Assembly (NCBI GenBank): GCA_040954595.2
Contig: CM082576.2
Span: 15,485,028-15,549,027 of the forward strand
DNA length: 64,000 nt
DNA from: Balanoglossus misakiensis
Lineage: Eukaryota > Animalia > Hemichordata
Direction: 5' to 3'
This document shows, in pieces, positions 55,501 through 64,000 of this stretch. The notes beneath the pieces were generated by a model. That model saw only the letters and a program-made list of their open reading frames with translations, made no database searches and was not told the DNA's origin. Made by a program: the position numbers and the translations under genes. How positions within the stretch are numbered: position 1 is the first letter of the stretch; each line of letters starts with the position of its first letter.

Positions 55501-57954
55501 TTTCCAGAGAGAGCACATTGTATTGTCATTCCGCTTAGGTTTTTTACCATTCCAGAGAAACTCATTAAGAATACAATGCAATTTCGAGAGAAAATGTTCG
55601 GGGAGATGCAGGAGGGAAACCTGATACAAAAATTTTGGAATAATAAGGGTATTCAAAATTGTAATTTTTCCTATAAGAGTGAGGTTTCTACCTCTCCACA
55701 TTGCAAGTGTTTGTTTGACACTTCTGAATTTATCATAAAAGTTCAGCTTATTCACTTCTGAGATATTGTAGGAAAAGTACACACCAAGCGCTTTGAAAAT
55801 CTTTGTAACTTTTAAACCAATGGGACTGTCTGTTCTGTGTCTATCTTTGCCCAACCAGAAAACAGATGTCTTGTCTCTGTTCACACAGAGACCAGAGCAT
55901 TGTGTAAATTTATCCATGACAGCCATAAAAGTGGCAACAGAATGTTCATTTTGTAAAAAAGCAGTAGTATCATCTGCAAATTGGACAATCTTAATTGCAT
56001 AACTTGAAATGTTAAAACCCTGTATACATTTATCTTGTTTTACCATTAAGCTTAGTAATTCCACAGTTATGATAAAAAGATATGGTGAAAGAGGGTCTCC
56101 TTGACGGACCCCTCTTTTTATACCAAAATATCTCGAGGTGAAACCATTATTCATAACACAGCTCTTAATATCAGCATAAAGCACAGTAAACCAACGTCTC
56201 AATGAAGGACCATGGGTGTCTGGGTTTATGAGTGGGTGGTTTGGTAGGTTTGGGTGGGAGGGTTGGCTGGCTGGCTGGATGGATGGATGGATGGGTGGGT
56301 GGGTGGGTGGGTGGGTGGGTGGTTGAGTGGGAGGGTTGGCGGGTTGGATTTGACCGTGTTCACATTCTTGTCAAGTTTTGGACAGATGGTCGTCTTACAT
56401 GGGAACCCGATACATTTGGCGGCATCAAGAAAATTCTGGTGCCTGTGGATTGGCTGTGGATGCCGAAGGTTACCAATGGTTTTAGGTAAACTCCGCAAGA
56501 TCCTTTCATATTTAATCTTAAATTTTGCAAGTCTTCCTCGTCCACAACGACGGTATTTTGTTGGAACATGTATGGTAAACCGGTCTCTTTCGATTGCTGT
56601 AATACTTATAGTATTCTTGTTTCTGTGAAGTCGTATTTTTGCTTTGATGCCGTGCTTACTGCCGTATCAGTCACATGGACATTTTGTTTACCTTATTTAC
56701 TCTTCACAGTGCAAATGACAGATATTTCTTGTCGGACACTGGGACAGTTGATGTATACCACGATGGCCTGGTACGAAATATACCACAGGATATTATAGAA
56801 AGTCAGTGTAAACTAAACATACGACACTTTCCGTTCGACAAACAGCGCTGCGCGTTTGTCTTAGGGCTGTGGGGCATTATGTCGCACGAAGTGCGGCAGA
56901 GAGCGTATCCCGAAAGTATTATTGTGGTAGACGGTGGGAATTCGGAATGGGATCTCGTAGGGAGCCCTTCGATTATTCATTACCACTACAGCCCGCTTGA
57001 TGAGGGCAACTGGACCGCTGTAGAATTTCCGTTGGAGCTGAAAAGAAAACCGCTCTACTACACTGTCAATATCATCGCCCCGTCGACCATGCAAGGTGTG
57101 CTGACTCTGCTCGTCTTCCTGCTGCCGTCCGACGCCGGGGAGAAGCTGTCGTTCTCCGTGTCCATCCTCATCTCGACCTCGGTGTATAGCGTGATAGTGG
57201 CGGACATCATGCCAGCAACGTCGGACTCGATTCCCCTCGTCATGGAGCTGCTGTACTTCAACATCGGCGTCATCGCCGCGTCGATCGCCCTCAGCGTCCT
57301 GGTCCTGAGGGCGCACCACCGGCCACAGCATCAGTTGGTGATGAACGCCGTTGTGCGGAGAGTGTTCCTTGAAATCCTGCCTCCGATGTTGGGACTCAAG
57401 GCTTTTCATCGCCAGATACACCCCACCAGACATGCACACGACAATCCCAGCTGTAACGATAACCACATAGACGTGGTGTCCTTGGAAGACAGCAGCGAGT
57501 TTAACAAGAAAGCGTTGGCAGCGAAAATAGAAAGTGAAAGAAATTCGCCCTTGTTAAGTCTCATTTCCCAGGATATCAAAGATATACGACAAGTCTTACA
57601 GGATGACGCCAGAAATGACGAGGTGAGTGTTAACTTTTTCCAATGGATTTTTTTTCGATTCGGTGCGAGATCTCGCTAGACTGGGCTAATTACCATAGCA
57701 ACAGGTTGCCAGCTAAGAAATACAGTACAGGTCAAGCTTTGTGTGAAACTAGAATAAGTGCAGAGTCTGTCCCCTTTCACATTAACTACCCGCAAAATCT
57801 TATGTGTATGAAATCAATATTTTGATTACCTGCCTTCTCTTCACAGCTTCTACAAGCCTGGAAGTATCTTGCAGTGGTGCTGGATCGGCTCTGTTTCTTT
57901 GCTCTGCTAATTATGTATGCGGTCGGTGCGGCCGTCATAGTCTCAAACAGGTGA
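52577..57954 (+). CDS. Divergent non-alpha nicotinic-acetylcholine-receptor-like Cys-loop cation channel subunit; exons 52577-52646, 52920-53056, 53208-53255, 56376-56485, 56710-57622, 57847-57954
   Basis: Signal peptide; LLDV|DEKQQ; WTDGRLTW; Cys-loop [15 protein letters not shown]; LKRKPLYY; [16 protein letters not shown] (cation-selective GEK); [10 protein letters not shown] in M4. No vicinal Cys pair in loop C. Confidence 0.88.
53256..56345. repeat. G-rich composite (GGGT/GGAT) minisatellite split by a LINE insertion
   Basis: Recurrent unit marked by GGGTGTCTGGGTTTATG at 53256-54295 and 56213-56345. Confidence 0.9.
54296..56212 (-). mobile_element. 5'-truncated Tx1/L1-clade LINE with poly(A) tail and 17-bp TSD
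   Basis: RT motifs [13 protein letters not shown] and QFADD; C-terminal CNFC...HLFIDC; poly(T) on + at ~54296-54316; TSD TGGGTGTCTGGGTTTAT at 54279-54295 and 56213-56229; ORF disrupted. Confidence 0.92.
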
Positions 57955-59765
57955 CGTTTACACATCTTGTGTACTTTTGCACGGTAAGCAGACCATCTTC
58001 GCCTTTTGAAGTTCCCGGATGACCGAGTTTTTTGGCCAAAGATACCTCTTCGGTTGTTGAATTCCCCGGAGTCGTGTCTCTTTTCTGATTGGATGGTGTT
58101 CTGAGATCTACAACCAACGAATTTCTTGGATGGACCAAATACTGCTCTTTTATAGGTGTAGGCCTAACTATAGCCGCAATACTTTCTCTATTTATAAACT
58201 GTTTGAATTGAAAGATAATTGTAATGTAATGTAAACATTTACACCATGTTTTCATATAATCATTGTAACATAAATATTTGAACGGAAAATCAAGTGCTTT
58301 CTTTCAAAAGCCACTTTGGTAATTATGTGAAAGATTAGAAAAGAAAGGTTGCTTTTCCATTACTTCCTGGATGTATTCACAAGTCAGCGTGACTGAGATG
58401 AAACCACGTGATTGACAGATGTAGCCAATGAAACATCCAATTAGCAACCATTGCAGTTAATGACGTGCCACAGGTGTTTGTTGTGACGTAAAGTGTACAT
58501 GCATATGCATAATGTGGCTTAATGTCAGTGTTGGCCTATGTCACGTTTTGCAATATGGCAGCCAAGTACGCCGAAATCCCTTGCGCATACGCGTCCGCGC
58601 AATTTAACTCTCTAGCATGACAGAATTAAGTTTCAGGTCAGCCAATAATCACTATACTTGGGTGCCGTTTAAAAATAAGATTATAGGGTTATTACATTTG
58701 TGTAGACATTTCACTTCTATCTCAGTATGAAGGTGACCCATGGACCTTTGACCCCCCCCCCCCCCACGAACATGACCCACCAGGCTACTTATTTTTTTTT
58801 TCAACACATGCGTTCATGTGCAGCAGATTCTAATGACGCCTTGAAGGACAGAGGCCGACTCCACTTTTAATCATAACATACCGCCCTCAGCGTCCATATC
58901 ATGAAGACTTACGCTGTCTGACTAAACGCGCTGTTTGGTGGCATGCATTGCCAAATGTCTTAAACCTTTCATCGCCTCCCCAAAACACACATTGGAAAGG
59001 TCAGATACTTGCTGGGTGTGGCGAAGTTGTGTAAGGCCATTTGCGATACTTCAATAAATAAATATAACATTCCAATAAAAAATTGTGGTTTCTCCCTTAA
59101 TCATCGGCTTTGTTAGTTGTTTCTCTTTCGTTTTATTCGCATTTCTATGTTCCGTATCTTCCGTATAAACTTAAGTGGGCCTAGTCTGCAGCCCGTGGCA
59201 AAGTTCAGAGGTCACCCTATGTTGTCACTCATTGGAGGTTTACCATTTACATTGCGTGCGCTGTGTATTAGCAAACTGAAATACGGGCAGTCTCGGGGCC
59301 TAGCCTGCTGGTGAAGAACAGAGAATTCTTAAGACGGACGTTAACATCAAGGTTTACAGCTGTGTCCCAAACACTTCAATGGACGCCAAAGATACTAGCA
59401 GCTCTGCAGGTAAGATTCATAATTTGTATAAATATGCATATATTCAATAGAACGAACAGCAATTTTTGTTGTACATGTACCGTCGAATTCACACGCGTAG
59501 CCAGACTACAGTGAGTGCACCTACTTCAGGCATAATACCGCGGATAGTATCATGGTCGAAACCGCATTTATTGACGTTGTTGCACTTAAGTATAGCCCCA
59601 TAAAATCGTTACTGTCGTCCATATGTTGTCAAACTATAACTGATCATGGTGTCAGTGTTTTCATGTTTTGTTGCCCTTTTTAAAAATATTCAACCAAACA
59701 CAACAATATTAGAATCAATGTACTTAACATTTACGACACGGCGTAATGATCTTACAGGTCCTACA

Positions 59766-62700
59766 ATGCAGTCATCAATTTGGAAGGTATTTGATGAATT
59801 CAAGTACTGGAAGACCGCTTTGGAGGAAGTGTTCAAAGACACAAGTAAATGCTTCGGCGAAATTGTCGATATATGCACGGCACCCTCAAAAAGGAAAATC
59901 AAAGAAGCGCTGCTGCGGAAAGATGATCGACGCGTCTTGGACACATTTCTTGGAGAAGATACTGTTCCCAAAGTGTTGATTCTAGGACAGAGCAACTGCG
60001 GGAAGACCTCCTTGATAAACGAACTGCTGGGCTTCAGGCTGCTTCCCACAGCAGACGTGACGACAGCAAACAGGGTGGTGAAGATTAAGTACAGCGAAAA
60101 AGAATACATCAGCGTCGTCAGCGATGACGGCAGCACGCCACAAAAACCAGGAAAATTCGGCGAGAGTAAGGCAGTGCCGTCTGAATACATTAACCTGACT
60201 GAAGAAGAGTGCAAGAACGGCGAAGAACGAAAGTCATCCGTAGAAGTCGGGATCAAGCACCCGTGTTTGAAAAGCGGCGTTATGTTGCTCGACGTTCCAA
60301 GCTTCAGCAAGGACAACACTGTACGCCTTGTTCAGCGCGAGTGCATAGACGGTGTACTGCCACTGGTCGTGTACATCCTGGATGGAAACTACGGTCTGCG
60401 ACTGAGGGTAGGTAGAGTTTAGTAGCGGGCGGCTCGGGGAATGATTATCAAAAATATTATTTTCGTCCAAGCCTTCAATTCTTTGCTATATGAAAGTATG
60501 TGGAGAGTCTTTTTGAAATAAAATAATAAATAATTGTGTTCACCGTCTTGTTTATATACAAATCACTTTTTTAAATTTTCCTGTATATAGTTAACACTGA
60601 GATTCGCGGCCATTTTGAATTCCAAATTTGAAACAGTTTGCTCTCTCGTTCAGAATTTTGCACGATGACCCCTATTTTCTATTCCCAATTTTAAGTGAGA
60701 TCAATCTAAAGTTGATTTAAGAAAAAAACTTGACAAATAGTTTAAGAATTATAGAGAGGCGGTTACCGTATCTGCGGCTTGTATAACCTTCAATATACCC
60801 TTGACTATATTGGTAATTTTCTTTTAATGTTTGTATTTACACGAATAGGACCAGGATATGCTGTCCACCCTATATGATTTGTCGCCACATTTGAAGATCA
60901 TCTATGTCTGCAATAAAGTCGATATCGACACACTGGCGGAGGACATGGACCAGCCTTCAGATGAAAGCGAGGACGAAGATGGAGAAACAGTTGCCTCCTT
61001 TGACAAAAAACAGCGGACATTTAAGATGCTCGTTAACTTCGGTTTCCAAGGGGAGAGTGAAAGAATGAACACCACTGAGTTCTACCACGGAATTTCGACC
61101 AAGATGATCCGTCAAGACAGGAAACAGAAGGCAAATAGCGAGTACACCAAAGACTTTGGCGAACTGCACCGGTGTTTCTCGACCGTCGCGAGAGCCATGT
61201 TGAAGAAGCACACGGCCAGTGTCGTCTGGTCGCTGCACAGCGCACAGATCCGTTGCTTCAGGTCAATACTTGCTCCGGGACTGCAAAGAAGGGGCGTCAA
61301 GGAGACCAGGTGGGAAACAGGTAGAATGAAGATGGAGGACATATTGAAATATGTCGATGCCTTGCTGGAGAGACGAAATCAAGAAATGGCGTATTCGGTC
61401 GAGAAAGCAATCAAGAACGCCACACCCAAGATTATAAAGACTGTCAGAGAGATGGAATACAGTCCAGTAGAAATTGGCCAATTTGTACACAAAGACGAAA
61501 TGACCATTCAGTTGGCGAATCAGGTTCGCGCCATCGTGGCCATGAAGGTGACACAGAGTATCCAGGATCAACTCGTCGAAGAGTTTAAAATAGGTCGTCT
61601 CATCGAGGAGATCACCCGGAAAGTCAATGAAGTGGACGTACTCGGTCTGAAGAAGTTCTCGATGGAAACCCAGTTCATCGGCCTCTACGAAGAAATCAGA
61701 TGGCGCATCAATAATCACCTGATGTCTATGCGCGTCAAGGACGTCGTGAAGAAATTCGCGCACTATTTCGGCGGCGTCACGGTGAACGCGGAGTGGCGGG
61801 AAGGCATCGCGAAGGAGGCTCTGCGCTGCGTCAAAGCGGGCGCCGTCGTCCAGCTCGTCGGCGACGAGATTCGCCTGAAAATATCCGACCATCAAGGGGA
61901 AGTGGAGAATTTCATGAAGTGTCTGGAAGATCTCGCCGGATTCAGCGAATACGGCGGTTTTGGCGGCGACTGCCCGAAGTACGCACGGCGCCTGTGTCGC
62001 AGCCTTTGCAGGACGGCGGCACTGCTGGATTGCGTCGAGCGGAAACAGCTGTGGCTGCACAAAGTGGACGACTTGTTCATGAGCGGGCAACGCACGGACA
62101 TATTTTTCAACAGGAAAGAGGGTGATGGAGTGGCAGCCGTTCTCAGAGTTCAGAAACGCGCAAAACGCCTCGGCAAGGACGTGTCAGTTCTAATTGCGTT
62201 GAACAGGTATTGTTTTTTTTTTGACATTTTACATTCAGTATTGTTAACCAGGACTGGGAAGAAACGCATCTGGTGAGATAGGCCCTCGAATGAAACACCG
62301 GGTCAAAAATAACTTACACCGGATTGACTTTACCCCTCCAAAAATAGATTCAAGAATTGTACTCAAAACCCAAACAGTAAACATACAGTTTGTATTAGTA
62401 AATTCGTTATTTATATAAATTTAATTTTGTATTCATTTCAGATATCTGCCGACACCAACACACGCGGGAGTTCTATCGGCGACTGCCCTGACAACTGTGA
62501 ACTTTGGGGACCAGAGTGGCGAGGCGTGCATAGCTTGCGAGGTGCCTTATATGGATGCCGACCTTTGGCACGAATTGGCAGAGAAAGATTTCACATCGAA
62601 ATTTGGCGCAAAGGAAAGGTTGCATTTTGCCCGGGATGTCGCAGTGACCTGTCGGTCAATGTCACTTGCAGGATTCCCATTACAAGACTTGCGCATTACT

Positions 62701-63691
62701 AACGTATTGGTGAGATAATTTTAGTATATTGAAAGTATATGTCTTGTTGACGTTATACTCATTTTCTAAATCAAACATCTTCAGTTGATATAAGCACATG
62801 GCTCAAGCTATAGTATGTGTACGAAACGAAATACTGCTATTAAAGCAGTCCGAACAAAAATTATAATCACAGACACCTGTACTGTCTAAGATCATACAAA
62901 GAGTAGTTGCCCAAGGACAGTCAAAAAAGATTTGAGCAGTCTACACTGACTGTTTCGTAATATTCTTAAAATTATGAAACGCTTCCAGTAGCAATTTTTG
63001 CTCCATTTTTGTGCTATTTTTGGTGTTGTTGATGTAAAGCAAAGGAATTTGAGTTCTGATGCACTTATTAAAACGGTTTACAAATAAAAGTCACCAAACA
63101 CTACACGCCCAACGGAGTCTTGCTACTGTGCAACCAACCACATGAATGCTTCGATATAAAAATTCCAAAAGGTACAAAAATTTACCTAAGTTTTCTTAGT
63201 GCCTTTGCAGACGACACTTATATATGCATTGCTGTTGTACCAACGATGTTCGGGTTCTTTTTCAGATTCAGAAGGGGCATTCCCGACGACACGCCATTGT
63301 TAACACCTTGAAACCACGCGACGACAACACCCTGTACCCGGACGGAAAGCCGCCTTTCCACGTTCCTCCCGAGGACCATCGCAGCGGCGGCGGTCAGTGC
63401 AGCGGGTACCGCAGCGACACTGACCACAGCACCGTCTATGCCTTCGGGGTGTTGCTGTGGCTACTGGTCTTGGGTAAATACGTCAGGATACCTCATCACG
63501 AAGACCACGCGGAGAGTGTGAAAGTAGTTGAGGAGGAAATGAAAACCGCGCGTGTCGATGACAACCTTAAAAAGCTCATCGCAAGATGTTTGTCATTCGA
63601 GAAGGGAAAGCGGCCCAGCTGGGATGAAATTCTTGAAGAACTTAACAAGCCGTTTGCACGCAGAAAGGACGATATGTCAACCGCAGTGTGA
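59766..63691 (+). CDS. DSTYK-related protein: dynamin-like P-loop GTPase + helical stalk + degenerate (pseudo)kinase; exons 59766-60407, 60849-62206, 62442-62709, 63266-63691; likely 5' UTR exon ending at 59409
   Basis: G1 GQSNCGKT, G2 region LPTADVTT, G3 LLDVPS, G4 CNKVD. Kinase C-lobe LQDLRITNVL, PPFHVPPE, VYAFGVLLW, LIARC...RPS. Splice phases are consistent. Confidence 0.85.
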
Positions 63692-64000
63692 TCACTTTAA
63701 GTTTAACCTCAATCCTGTTCCAACAAAAATTGTGTCTCATGTGTTACACAAAACACGGACATATAGCTGACGTTCTCGCTTTCAAACACGATTTAACATA
63801 CCTGTAACTAAATTTTAGAACAGTAGGCGAATCAATGTAACAACTGGCGATAATAAGTTAGGAATTAATTTTAGGAATTAATTTTCGTAAAAATGAGCAC
63901 AGCAAAAACCCTAGTAGCCAACAGTTTCAGTCATTAAGTATCAAGACATTCTGTGATGTGAAACTTTACGCCACAAAAGTGTTTTTCATACAAAAAGCGA

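Noticed and set aside
56861-62125. Long antisense or alternative-frame ORFs (56861-57466, 59690-60319, 61263-62090)
   Set aside because: They are shadow ORFs of GC-rich coding exons with no motifs of their own.

Overview
Eukaryotic DNA: spliced GT-AG genes, microsatellites and many transposons. Gene content suggests a marine invertebrate, possibly an ambulacrarian deuterostome (inference only). Seven host genes lie on the + strand: a 9-exon glycine-receptor-like Cys-loop chloride channel (5511-18233), an orphan class A GPCR (~22554-24310), a cytosolic sulfotransferase with a duplicated first exon (27386/32294-36059), a type II membrane mucin-stalk/F-type-lectin-domain protein (37565 to at least 41819), a secreted angiopoietin-N-terminus/coiled-coil/EPTP(EAR)-repeat protein (49952-51521), a non-alpha nicotinic-receptor-like subunit (52577-57954), and a DSTYK-related dynamin-like GTPase/pseudokinase (59766-63691). 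Mobile DNA includes an ISL2EU (PIF/Harbinger-group) transposon with an intact THAP-DDE transposase plus SWIM-YqaJ exonuclease (runs off the left edge), a Neptune-type Penelope element with a hammerhead ribozyme inserted in a microsatellite, two RTEX-like LINEs, a Tx1-like LINE, several TTAA (Kolobok-type) and TWA (Harbinger-type) MITEs, a nested double-hairpin Crypton-like insertion, and a 20-bp P-element-like footprint. No rRNA, tRNA or CRISPR array was recognised. Exon models were read by eye from splice signals and phase; there is no transcript support.
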